From an uncultured Planctomycetota bacterium (GTDB lineage Bacteria; Planctomycetota; JACQVV01; CAZANL01), in the NCBI GenBank assembly GCA_964566865.1, contig CAZMLI010000002.1:1-33232 (forward strand): a stretch of DNA of 33,232 nt, given 5' to 3'. The notes below the pieces were generated by a model that had not been told where the DNA came from, made no database searches, and saw nothing but the letters and a program-made list of their open reading frames with translations. The translations under genes were made by a program, and so were the position numbers. Shown here in pieces: positions 16,162 through 24,701 of this stretch. Numbering within the stretch: the first letter of the stretch is position 1; each line of letters begins with the position of its first letter.

Positions 16162-16833
16162 CTATCGCTGCTCGTAGATGATGTCTTCGTCAGCGGGCGA
16201 GAGTTGCACGCCGGTCTTGGCCGAGTCCTCCATCCACTTGTCGTGCTTCACGTAGAGCACGCTGGGCGCGGTCTCTGCGCCTTCCTTGAACGCCTTGGCC
16301 CCATGCTGGGCCGCATATTGCGCCAATGGGTCCTGTGGATCGTCCAGATCGCCGAAGCGCAGCGCCTCGGTGGGACAGGCATCGACGCAGGCCGGGTTCA
16401 TCCCCAGCGAGGTGCGGTGCGTGCACAGGTCGCACTTGTCGGCCAGGCCGCTCTGGGGATCGATGTAGATCGCTCCATAGGGGCAGGCCGCGATGCAGGC
16501 CTTGTTGCCGCAGCAGCGGTCCTGATCGATCGTGACCCGTCCGTCCTGCAAGCGGATCACGGCGCCGGTCGGACAGGCGTCGAGACAGGGCGCGTCTTGG
16601 CAATGCATACAGAGCAACGGCAGGAAGGCCAGCGCTAAGGCGTCGGGGCGCTGCAGGTAACGTACGCGCGTACGAAACCCCCCGAGTGGTACCCCGTGCT
16701 CGGTCTTGCAGGAGACACTGCAGGCGTGACAGCCGATGCAGCGGCGCAGATCGACCACCATGCCGGCGCGTTTCATCCCGAGCGATCGCTCGGTCTTGCG
16801 GTTCAACCAGGGAATCGGACGGTTGTCTGCCAT
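16162..16833 (-). CDS. four-cluster Fe-S electron-transfer subunit (PsrB/TtrB/DmsB-like)
   Basis: CIGCHACSVSC, CMHCQDAPCLDACP, CCGNKACIAACP, KCDLC...PACVDACP; no Tat motif of its own. Confidence 0.93.
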   Translation of the reverse strand: MADNRPIPWLNRKTERSLGMKRAGMVVDLRRCIGCHACSVSCKTEHGVPLGGFRTRVRYLQRPDALALAFLPLLCMHCQDAPCLDACPTGAVIRLQDGRVTIDQDRCCGNKACIAACPYGAIYIDPQSGLADKCDLCTHRTSLGMNPACVDACPTEALRFGDLDDPQDPLAQYAAQHGAKAFKEGAETAPSVLYVKHDKWMEDSAKTGVQLSPADEDIIYEQR

Positions 16834-16965
16834 GCAGGCACCATGCTACAGAGACAGCGCCTGGACACTCCATCGGATGTAGCCACGCATTTCATGGCGG
16901 CGTATTGACTTAAACAGCGCTTTTTCCGCCCAGTCCGTCATGCCAGGGCGTGGTACAAGGACCCG

Positions 16966-18345
16966 ATGAGATTCTGGAAAGAGCATCTACACGCCCTGAT
17001 CATCGTCTTCATCCTGGCCGGCATGGCGGTCGGCTCGCTGCTCAACTACAGCGAGCTGGCCTACAAGTACGACCAGTCGGCCTTCGGCTTCTACCTGTTC
17101 AATACGCTCGACCTGCTGGGCAAGCTGTTTCTGTACGCGCTCAAGATGGTGATCATCCCGGTGATCATCACCAGCATCGTCTTCGGGCTGGGCGGCATGT
17201 CGAAGGGGGCGCGCGTCGGCCGCATCGCCCTGCGCACAATCGGCTACTACCTGCTGACGACCGGCATCGCGGTGATCATCGGGCTGGTGCTGGTGATCGT
17301 GGCCAAGCCGGGCGCCGGGGCGGGCATCGAGAAAACCGTCGCGGGGCTGCTCAAGTCCAGACCTGACGCCGCGGTCCAGAAGAAGGTCGATCGCGCACAG
17401 GCACAGCTGAGGAAGGAAGGCCTGGAAGGGCTCAGCGGCGCCCCGCTGATGTTCATCAAGCTGAAGAACCTGGCCGTCTCGCTGATGCCGCAGAACGCCT
17501 TCCGCGCAATGTCGGACGGCAAGTTCCTGCCCTTGATCGTCTTCTCGATCCTGCTCGGCGTGACGTTGCTCTCGATCCGCGAGAAGGCACCCATGCTGCT
17601 ACAGTTCTTCGAGCAGGCGCAGATGCTGTTCTTCGCCTTGCTCGGCGGCATCATGTACACCGCCCCGATCGGCTTCTTCGCGCTGGTCGCGACGCTGGCC
17701 TGGACCGTCGGCCTGGAAGGCGTGGGAACGATCTGGGTCTATGGCGTCGCCGTCGTCGCGGGCCTGGCGATTCACGGCTTTATCGTCTTGCCGCTGATCT
17801 TGTGGATCTTCGCCCGCCGCTCGCCGCTGGAGTTCGCCGGCAAGATGCGCCACGCGCTGGTGATGGCCTTCTCCACCGCCTCCTCCTCGGCCACCCTGCC
17901 GACGACGATGCGCTGCGCCGAGGAAAACGCCGGCATCGACAATGACTACGCCTCGTTCGTGCTCCCGCTCGGCTCCACCGTCAACATGGACGGCACGGCG
18001 ATCTACGAGAGCATCGCGCTGGTCACCCTCTACACGGCCTACGTCGCCGCAGCCGGCATCCCGGATGCCACGCTCGGCCTGGCCCAGCTGGTCATCATCT
18101 TCATCACCGTGACCCTGGCCGCGGTCGGCGCGGCGGGTGTTCCCGGCGCCGGCATCTTCATGCTGATCATGATGATGGGCACGATCAAGGTCGGCAATAC
18201 CGTCGGCATCCCCGTCCACCTGATCGGCCTGATCCTGGTCCTCGACCGCCCACTCGACATGATGCGCACCTGCATCAACGTCTGGGGCGATTCGGTCGGC
18301 GCAGCGGTTGTATCGTACCAGGAAGGCAAGTCGAGCAGCACCTAG
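16966..18345 (+). CDS. dicarboxylate/amino acid:cation symporter (DAACS, GltP/GltPh-like), likely Glu/Asp
   Basis: AFSTASSSATLP, LPLGSTVNMDGTAIY, AAVGAAGVPGAG and DRPLDMMRTCINVWGD; the Asp and Arg used by acidic amino acid transporters are retained. Confidence 0.93.
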   Translation: MRFWKEHLHALIIVFILAGMAVGSLLNYSELAYKYDQSAFGFYLFNTLDLLGKLFLYALKMVIIPVIITSIVFGLGGMSKGARVGRIALRTIGYYLLTTGIAVIIGLVLVIVAKPGAGAGIEKTVAGLLKSRPDAAVQKKVDRAQAQLRKEGLEGLSGAPLMFIKLKNLAVSLMPQNAFRAMSDGKFLPLIVFSILLGVTLLSIREKAPMLLQFFEQAQMLFFALLGGIMYTAPIGFFALVATLAWTVGLEGVGTIWVYGVAVVAGLAIHGFIVLPLILWIFARRSPLEFAGKMRHALVMAFSTASSSATLPTTMRCAEENAGIDNDYASFVLPLGSTVNMDGTAIYESIALVTLYTAYVAAAGIPDATLGLAQLVIIFITVTLAAVGAAGVPGAGIFMLIMMMGTIKVGNTVGIPVHLIGLILVLDRPLDMMRTCINVWGDSVGAAVVSYQEGKSSST

Positions 18346-18393
18346 CGCCACTTACGCCCCCAACGAGATTGCCAGTAACGCCCAAGATGCCCC

Positions 18394-18408
18394 TTGCGCG
18401 CCGCGCAA
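18394..18408. repeat. short palindrome between convergent genes
   Basis: TTGCGCG-C-CGCGCAA. Confidence 0.5.
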
Positions 18409-18412
18409 TACT

Positions 18413-18438
18413 GTAGGGCGGGGGCTTGTCCCCCGCCG
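18413..18438 (+). repeat. GTAG-family REP element
   Basis: GTAG followed by a perfect 8-bp stem GGCGGGGG-CTTGT-CCCCCGCC, lying between convergent genes. Confidence 0.75.
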
Positions 18439-18468
18439 AGAGAGCACAAACCCCCCGCTTCCGCCCCA

Positions 18469-21400
18469 CTAACGCGGAAAAAAACGCGCGAAGGCCGGCG
18501 TCTTGACCAGACGCGCCAGCGCGGTTAACGAGCGGAAGTAAGCCGCATCGCCCCAGCCCAGCCCCGCAGCCTTGCGCAGCCAGCGCAGCGTCTGCGCATC
18601 CAGCTCGGGCTGGCTGGACTGGGCCTGCGCCGCTTCGAGCCAGCGTCGGCCGCGAATGGCCTGGCCTGCCGGGCCCGGTTGATCGGTCGCATCGGCCGCG
18701 TCCCGGAAAGCTCTGGCCGCCTCGGGCAGCCGCCCCACCCGCAGCAGCGTCCGGGCCTGGATCGCCAGCAGATCGGCCCGACGCAGCTTGAAGACGATCC
18801 TGCCGCCGCGGCCGGAAAGTAGCGGCAGCAGCGGCGCCCAGCGTCTCAGCGCCTCCGCGGGCTTGCCGCCGAAGCTGGCGGCGATCGCCGCGGCCAGCCG
18901 GACCCGCAGCGCATTCTTGTAAAGCGCCGCGTACTTCTCCCAGCGCACGGCCGTCTTGCGTAAGCCGTCGTGACTGGCTCGATATCGCTCGGCCAGCCCA
19001 GGATATTTGACCCTCAAGGCGTCGATGAGCGCCGCCGCGGCGCGGAATTGCCCGAGCTCGCTCAGGACCAGCGCCCGCAACACCGTGCCCTGGGGATCCT
19101 TCCGGCGGATCGCACTCGCGGCATCCGCCAGCGCGCCGTCAAAGTCCTTCAACTCTGCCCGCATCTGCCCTCGGTTGAAGTACAGCGTCTGCTTCTGTGA
19201 CCCGGTCGTCGCCAGCGCGTGGCTGTAATCGCGCTCGGCCAGGTAGAACTTCTGCAGCTTGAGATAGAGGATCGCGCGGTTGTTGAACAGCGACCAGTAG
19301 CGGCCTCCCGACAGCCGCACCGCGGACGTGTAGTCCCGCTCCGCCTTGTCGAACTGCTGCAGCTGGATGTATGCCGCGCCGCGCCGTGAGTAGGCTCCCC
19401 AGCTATCCGGCTGGAGCCGCAGGGCGCGCGTCAAGTCGCGCACGGCCTCCCGATTCCGACCCAGGTAGAGGTAGCGCTCGCCGCGTTGGAGCAAGGCCTG
19501 CGTATTCGAAGGCGAAACTTTCAGCGCCAGGTCCAGATCCTTCAGCGCCTCCTGGTGCCGATGCAGCGTCGCCAGCACCGCGGCGCGGCCGAGCAGGCTT
19601 GCCACGTGCCTGGCATTGATCCCCAGCGCCCGGTTATAGTCTGCGACCGCCTCCGAATGACGCTGCAGCCGCTCCAGCATTCTCGCCCGCTGCTGGTACA
19701 GCACGCAGTAGCCAGGACGCAGGCGAATCGCACGCGTCAGGTGCGTCAGCGTCTTGATCGGGCTCCAGAAGGGGTTACTCAGGCGCTTTGTACCGTAAAG
19801 CGCCGCCCGCGCCAGATGTACCTCCCACAGATGGTCCTCCGAGCTGCCGAGCTTGCGTAACCCGTCACGCGCCCGCTCGAACTTGCCATCGAGGCTCAGC
19901 AAGTAGATCTGCGCGACTGCTGCATAGCGGCTGTTCGGGTCGGCCGCCACGACCTGCTGGTACAACCGGGTCGCGCCGGGCAGGTCGTCGAGCAGATCCC
20001 GATGAATGTGGCCCATGTAGAGCAGGACCCGCGGCGCCGCGCTGCGCTGCGCCCGGTAATCGGCCAGCGCCGACTTCGCCTGGCCCAGGTTGGTCAGCGC
20101 CCTGGCGCGTTCGAGACGCGCGGCCGCAAACGAAGGATCGGTCTTCAGCGCGCGGGTCAGGTGGTTTACCGCGAGACGCCAGCGGACCCGGCGACGCATG
20201 ATCTCCCGGCCCCGCTGGTAGTGCTCGAAGGCCTCACGACGGCGCAGGGCGGCCTGAAGTTCGCGCTGACGATCGCTCGCCAGCCGCTTCGAAAGCTGCT
20301 GTGCCGAGAGCAGCGCCTCGCTGCGCTGTTGCTGAGCCAGCACCTGCCTGCGTGCGTGCCGACTCTCCTCAGCGAGACGCCGCCGAGCCTGAAGGGCCAG
20401 GCTCTGCCAGACCACCAGCCCCAGGATCAGGCCGAGCAACGCCGTCGTCACGGCGCTGGCGGCGCGGACCGGATGGGTCCGCGCCCAGCGTGCGATCCGC
20501 GCCAAGCGCGGCTCACGCCAGCACTCGGGCGGCAGCCCCTCGATCGCGCGCTGCAGGTCGGCGGCCAGCGCCCCCGCATCCGGATAGCGCTGCAGTGGAT
20601 CCCGCTCCAGACACTTGGCCAGGATAGCGCCGACAGGGCCCGGTATGCCGGGCAATGGGGCGCGGCGCCGGTCGATGGCTTCGCGTCGGCGTTCCGCGGG
20701 GCTCTGCATCACCTGCGTCTTGACCAGCTCCAGACAGGCCATCGGGTTCTCGTGACGGAACGGCGGCGAGAGCGTCAGCAGCTCGTAGAGGCAGGCCCCC
20801 AGCGCATAGACGTCCGCCGGATAGCCCACCGCCAACCCACCCGCCTGCTCCGGCGGCATGTAGGAGGGTGTGCCGAGCACCGCGCCGGCCATGGTCAGCT
20901 GAGAGTCGGCAGTCAGCGCCGACGACGCCGGCGACTGAGCGTCCGCAGCGCGGATCGGTCGGGCCAGCCCCCAGTCCATCACCAGCACCTCGCCGAAGAG
21001 ACCGACCATGATGTTGGCGGGCTTCAGATCTCGATGAATCACGCCCCGATGGTGCGCAAACGCCACCGCCTCCGCCGCCCGGTGCAGCACCTGCAGGATG
21101 CGCGGCAACTGCCACTCGGCGCAGGCCTGCGGATCGGCCAGCTCGACACTGCGAACGACAGCGGCCAGACTTTGACCTCGCACCTCCTTCATCGTGAAGT
21201 AGCAGCGCCCCCCATCTGTCTTCCCCAACTCATGCACAGGTACGATGTTGGGATGATCAAGCTGCCCGGTGATCCGCGCCTCCAGCTCGAAACGCTGGAT
21301 CAGTTGCGCCTCGTCGGCACCCTGCAGGTGAATCACCTTGACCGCCACGTCCCGCTCGAGGTCCCGATCGCGCACACGCCAGATCTCGCCCATGCCGCCC

Positions 21401-21528
21401 TGGTCGAGCAGCCGGTCCACCGCGTAGCGCGGGACGAGCTCGAGCGGTCCGCCGCTGCCTGATTGCGTGAGCCGAGGTACGACGGAGGCGGTCCCGTCCA
21501 GCCGCAGTGTCGGATCGTCCGCGTTCAC
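18469..21528 (-). CDS. membrane Ser/Thr protein kinase with TPR array (paralog 2)
   Basis: DQGGMG, VAVK, HRDLKPAN, DWG, GTPSYMPPE, DVYALG. TM AASAVTTALLGLILGLVVW. Multiple TPRs and a C-terminal capping helix region. GTG start overlaps the upstream paralog stop (GTGA). Confidence 0.95.
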   Translation of the reverse strand: MNADDPTLRLDGTASVVPRLTQSGSGGPLELVPRYAVDRLLDQGGMGEIWRVRDRDLERDVAVKVIHLQGADEAQLIQRFELEARITGQLDHPNIVPVHELGKTDGGRCYFTMKEVRGQSLAAVVRSVELADPQACAEWQLPRILQVLHRAAEAVAFAHHRGVIHRDLKPANIMVGLFGEVLVMDWGLARPIRAADAQSPASSALTADSQLTMAGAVLGTPSYMPPEQAGGLAVGYPADVYALGACLYELLTLSPPFRHENPMACLELVKTQVMQSPAERRREAIDRRRAPLPGIPGPVGAILAKCLERDPLQRYPDAGALAADLQRAIEGLPPECWREPRLARIARWARTHPVRAASAVTTALLGLILGLVVWQSLALQARRRLAEESRHARRQVLAQQQRSEALLSAQQLSKRLASDRQRELQAALRRREAFEHYQRGREIMRRRVRWRLAVNHLTRALKTDPSFAAARLERARALTNLGQAKSALADYRAQRSAAPRVLLYMGHIHRDLLDDLPGATRLYQQVVAADPNSRYAAVAQIYLLSLDGKFERARDGLRKLGSSEDHLWEVHLARAALYGTKRLSNPFWSPIKTLTHLTRAIRLRPGYCVLYQQRARMLERLQRHSEAVADYNRALGINARHVASLLGRAAVLATLHRHQEALKDLDLALKVSPSNTQALLQRGERYLYLGRNREAVRDLTRALRLQPDSWGAYSRRGAAYIQLQQFDKAERDYTSAVRLSGGRYWSLFNNRAILYLKLQKFYLAERDYSHALATTGSQKQTLYFNRGQMRAELKDFDGALADAASAIRRKDPQGTVLRALVLSELGQFRAAAALIDALRVKYPGLAERYRASHDGLRKTAVRWEKYAALYKNALRVRLAAAIAASFGGKPAEALRRWAPLLPLLSGRGGRIVFKLRRADLLAIQARTLLRVGRLPEAARAFRDAADATDQPGPAGQAIRGRRWLEAAQAQSSQPELDAQTLRWLRKAAGLGWGDAAYFRSLTALARLVKTPAFARFFPR

Positions 21529-24488
21529 CGGAAGATCCCGCGAAAGGCCGGGGTGGCGCTGAACCGATTGAGCGCCCTCAGGCTGCGCAGAAAGGCCTCG
21601 TCTCCGACACCCAGCGCCACGGCTGCCCGCAGTTCGCGCGCCGCCTCGTCGTCGCGACCGCCGATGACCGCCAGGTAGATGCCCGCCATCAACAGACGCC
21701 GGCCTCGCTTGTACCGACTCATCACGTCCGCGGCGACCGTGACAGCGGCGGCTTGCTGATAGGCTGCCGCGGCGCCCGGGAGATCCTGGGCCAGAGAGCG
21801 CCAGTAGGCCTGCAGCGCCAGCACGTCGCCGGACGTATGCGTCCAGATGATCCGGCCACGCTGCCCGCGAAGCCCGGCGATCAGCGGGGCCAGCCGCGCC
21901 AACGCCTGCTCCGGCGCCAGGTTGTATGCCGCCTGCAGCGCTTCTCCCAGGCGTACCGCAAAACTGTCCGGAGCACGTTCTCGCAGAGCTTGCCAGGCGC
22001 TCTGCTGCTCCCGCAACAGATCGCGCAGGGCCCGCATCTTCGCAGCCTGGTTGCTGGCGACGCGTTTATCGGCCTGCTGCACCGCCCGGGCAAACTGCCC
22101 CATCCGCGCCTGAGCCTCGACCAGTCCCGCGTGATCCGATCTGCCCGACTTCATCGCCTTCAGATATTCGGCGACCGCCTCCGGGTAACGCCCGACCGCC
22201 AGGTGAAAGTCCCCCAGCAGCCCATCCAGCAACGCGTGCGACTCGCGCAGTTTCTGAGCCCGCGTATGTGCCAGCTGCAGGTCGCGCTCGGCCGCCCAGT
22301 AGCGCTGACGGCTCAGCGCGTGGGCCGCGCGTCGCATCCGCACCAACCAGTCCTGGGGATCGTACTTCAGCGCCTGATCCAGATCGACCTCGGCCTTTTT
22401 CCAGTCCCCCCGGGCACTGTGGGCCCGGCCACGAAAGACCAGCGCGAGCTTGCGCAGCTCGGGGTCTGCCATCGCCCGGGTAAAATCGGCAATCGCCCGA
22501 GGGAACTGCTTCAGGGCTGCGTAGCTCGCCCCGCGATACAGATAGGAACGCCATGCTCGGGGGTTCAAGCTGACGGCCCGCGTCAAGGCGACGCTGCCCT
22601 CCTTGGGCCGGCTGAGCGCATTGAGCACGCGTCCACGCAGATGGTGCGTCCGGACGGAGGGCTCGTGAATCTCCAGGGCTTGATCCAGATCCTGCAAGGC
22701 GACCTTGTAGGTGCGCGCCCGAAAGTACAGCGCCGCGCGTTGCGTCAAGGCACGATGCTCGCCGGGTCGCAGCTGGATCAATCGAGTGTAGACCTGCGCC
22801 GCACGCTTGGGGTCGTAGCGCGGGTTGGGTTTGCCGGGCTCGGGCTGTCGCCCGTAGATCTGACCCCGCAGCAGATGAACCTCCCAGAGATGGGCGGCAT
22901 CCGCTCCCAGCCGGTCCAGTTGTCGCAGGGCCTGGTCCACCTTGCCTTCGAGCACCAGCTTCGAACTGGCGGCCAGGCGGCCGAAGACGCCCCTGGCATC
23001 CGCCTCCACCGCCCGTTGATACCAGCCACGCGCTGACTTTGCGTCGGAAAGCCGATCTCGATAGAGGTTGCCGAGCAGCAGATAAGTCTGCGCGCTCGGA
23101 CGCTCCAGCGTCTGCTGGGCATGACGAAAGTCCGCGACCGCCCGATCCGCCTGCCCCAGCACCGAGGCGACATGCGCCCGCTCGAGGTAGGCGGCGCTGA
23201 ATTGCGGGTCGATGCCGATCGCGACGCTGAACAGGTCGATCGCGCGATCCAGCTGGACGCGACGCCGACTGATCTCCAGACCCTTGAGAAATGGCGTCAG
23301 GGCCTTGCTGCGCCTGAGAATTGCCGCCTGACGCACAGCCTGCTGCCGCGCGACGCGCTGGCGCAGCGCCTCCTGCTGCTCGAGCGCGCGATTGCGCTGG
23401 ATCAGCAGCGTGCGCTCACGCCGATCCTGGTCCAGGCGGCGCGCGGCGTCCCGCTGGAGCGCGTTCTGGGTCCAGATCCACCAAAAGAGGCCAAATCCGA
23501 GCAGCAGCAGGCTGCCGCTGAATCCACTGCCGCTGCGCAGCGGGTGCTTGCGACACCAGCGCAGCGCCCGTCTGGGCAGGGACTCGCGGTAGGCCAGGAC
23601 GGGGTCGCCGGCCAGATAGCGGCCGATCTCATGCGCCAGCGACTGCCCGTCCGGATAGCGCTTCGCCGGATCGGCTGCCAGACAGCGCATCACGATCGCC
23701 TCGATCGCGCGCGGAATCGAGCGGCCGGTCATCCGTCGCGGAGGCAGGATCCGCCCCGCGAGCACCAGGCGCAGCACCACGTGCGGATCCTCGTGATCCA
23801 CCGGCGGCCGCAGGGTCAGCATCTCGTAGAGACAGGCGCCGATGGCATACACATCACTGGCGGCACAGAGCGCCGCGCGATCGCTGCGCGCCTGCTCCGG
23901 CGGCATGTAGTGCGGCGTGCCGACCACCGCGCCGTCCTGCGTCAGCGAGGCGGACAGCGGGACGCGACTGGCGGACGCCTCCGAGGAGCCGGGCGATCCG
24001 CAGTCGGCAATCCGCAAGGCCAGGCCCCAATCCATCACCAGCACCTCTCCGAAGGCGCCGACCATGATGTTGTCCGGCTTCAGGTCGCGATGGATCACGC
24101 CGCTGTCGTGGGCGAATCCCATCGCTTCGGCAACCCGCTGTACCACCTGCAGGATGCGCACCAGACCGAATTCAGCGCAAGTCGCCGGATCTCCCGCGGC
24201 CACCGCGTCCAGCACGTCGGCCAGGCTGCGCCCCCGCACGTGCTTCATGGTGAAGTAGGCCTGGCCTTCGGGCGTCACCCCTAGCTCGTGAACCGGGATG
24301 ATGTTGGGGTGCTCGAGCTGGCCGGTGATCTGGGCCTCGCGCACGAACCGGCGCCGCTGATCCGGCTCGTCCAGCTGCTCGAGCAGCACCTTGAGCGCCA
24401 CCGTGCGCTCCATTTCCGCGTCGCGAGCCAGATAAACCCGGCCCATTCCGCCCTCGCCGAGCAATTGCTCCCGCGCGTATCGGCTCAC
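21525..24488 (-). CDS. membrane Ser/Thr protein kinase with TPR array (paralog 1)
   Basis: Preferred start GTG 24488 (ORF extends to 24563). GEGGMG, VALK, HRDLKPDN, DWG, GTPHYMPPE, DVYAIG. TM SLLLLGFGLFWWIW. Multiple TPRs. Confidence 0.95.
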   Translation of the reverse strand: MSRYAREQLLGEGGMGRVYLARDAEMERTVALKVLLEQLDEPDQRRRFVREAQITGQLEHPNIIPVHELGVTPEGQAYFTMKHVRGRSLADVLDAVAAGDPATCAEFGLVRILQVVQRVAEAMGFAHDSGVIHRDLKPDNIMVGAFGEVLVMDWGLALRIADCGSPGSSEASASRVPLSASLTQDGAVVGTPHYMPPEQARSDRAALCAASDVYAIGACLYEMLTLRPPVDHEDPHVVLRLVLAGRILPPRRMTGRSIPRAIEAIVMRCLAADPAKRYPDGQSLAHEIGRYLAGDPVLAYRESLPRRALRWCRKHPLRSGSGFSGSLLLLGFGLFWWIWTQNALQRDAARRLDQDRRERTLLIQRNRALEQQEALRQRVARQQAVRQAAILRRSKALTPFLKGLEISRRRVQLDRAIDLFSVAIGIDPQFSAAYLERAHVASVLGQADRAVADFRHAQQTLERPSAQTYLLLGNLYRDRLSDAKSARGWYQRAVEADARGVFGRLAASSKLVLEGKVDQALRQLDRLGADAAHLWEVHLLRGQIYGRQPEPGKPNPRYDPKRAAQVYTRLIQLRPGEHRALTQRAALYFRARTYKVALQDLDQALEIHEPSVRTHHLRGRVLNALSRPKEGSVALTRAVSLNPRAWRSYLYRGASYAALKQFPRAIADFTRAMADPELRKLALVFRGRAHSARGDWKKAEVDLDQALKYDPQDWLVRMRRAAHALSRQRYWAAERDLQLAHTRAQKLRESHALLDGLLGDFHLAVGRYPEAVAEYLKAMKSGRSDHAGLVEAQARMGQFARAVQQADKRVASNQAAKMRALRDLLREQQSAWQALRERAPDSFAVRLGEALQAAYNLAPEQALARLAPLIAGLRGQRGRIIWTHTSGDVLALQAYWRSLAQDLPGAAAAYQQAAAVTVAADVMSRYKRGRRLLMAGIYLAVIGGRDDEAARELRAAVALGVGDEAFLRSLRALNRFSATPAFRGIFR

Positions 24489-24494
24489 GCGACC

Positions 24495-24502
24495 ATTATA
24501 AT
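24495..24502. promoter_or_regulatory. palindromic ATTATAAT: consensus -10 hexamer on both strands
   Basis: TATAAT reads on the minus strand (24500-24495, 6 nt before GTG 24488) and on the plus strand (24497-24502), between divergent operons. No clear -35. Confidence 0.5.
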
Positions 24503-24701
24503 TGCGGCTCGTGGATTGTTCGCGCTTCAATAACTCTCTACAATGGGCGATGTTCGCCCGCATTCATGCCATTTTGAAAAACCAGACTTTTTCGGGCGAT
24601 ATCGACGTAATAACTGAGGGGGTTCGCTCGAGAATGGGGAACCTCCTGCTGATAATTCCTTGATGAAGGCTGGCGCCATTCATTTTAAAGCCCTGAACCC
24701 G

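Noticed and set aside
10579-16840. Identical TGCCTGCATG at the starts of the porin and the Fe-S subunit gene
   Set aside because: Only 7 nt beyond the ATG in two genes; not distinguishable from chance.
18413-18438. Rho-independent terminator call for the hairpin
   Set aside because: No U-tract on either strand; the GTAG foot fits a REP better.
18275-18469. Minus-strand ORF containing AGDKPPPY
   Set aside because: It is the translation of the REP hairpin, not a gene.
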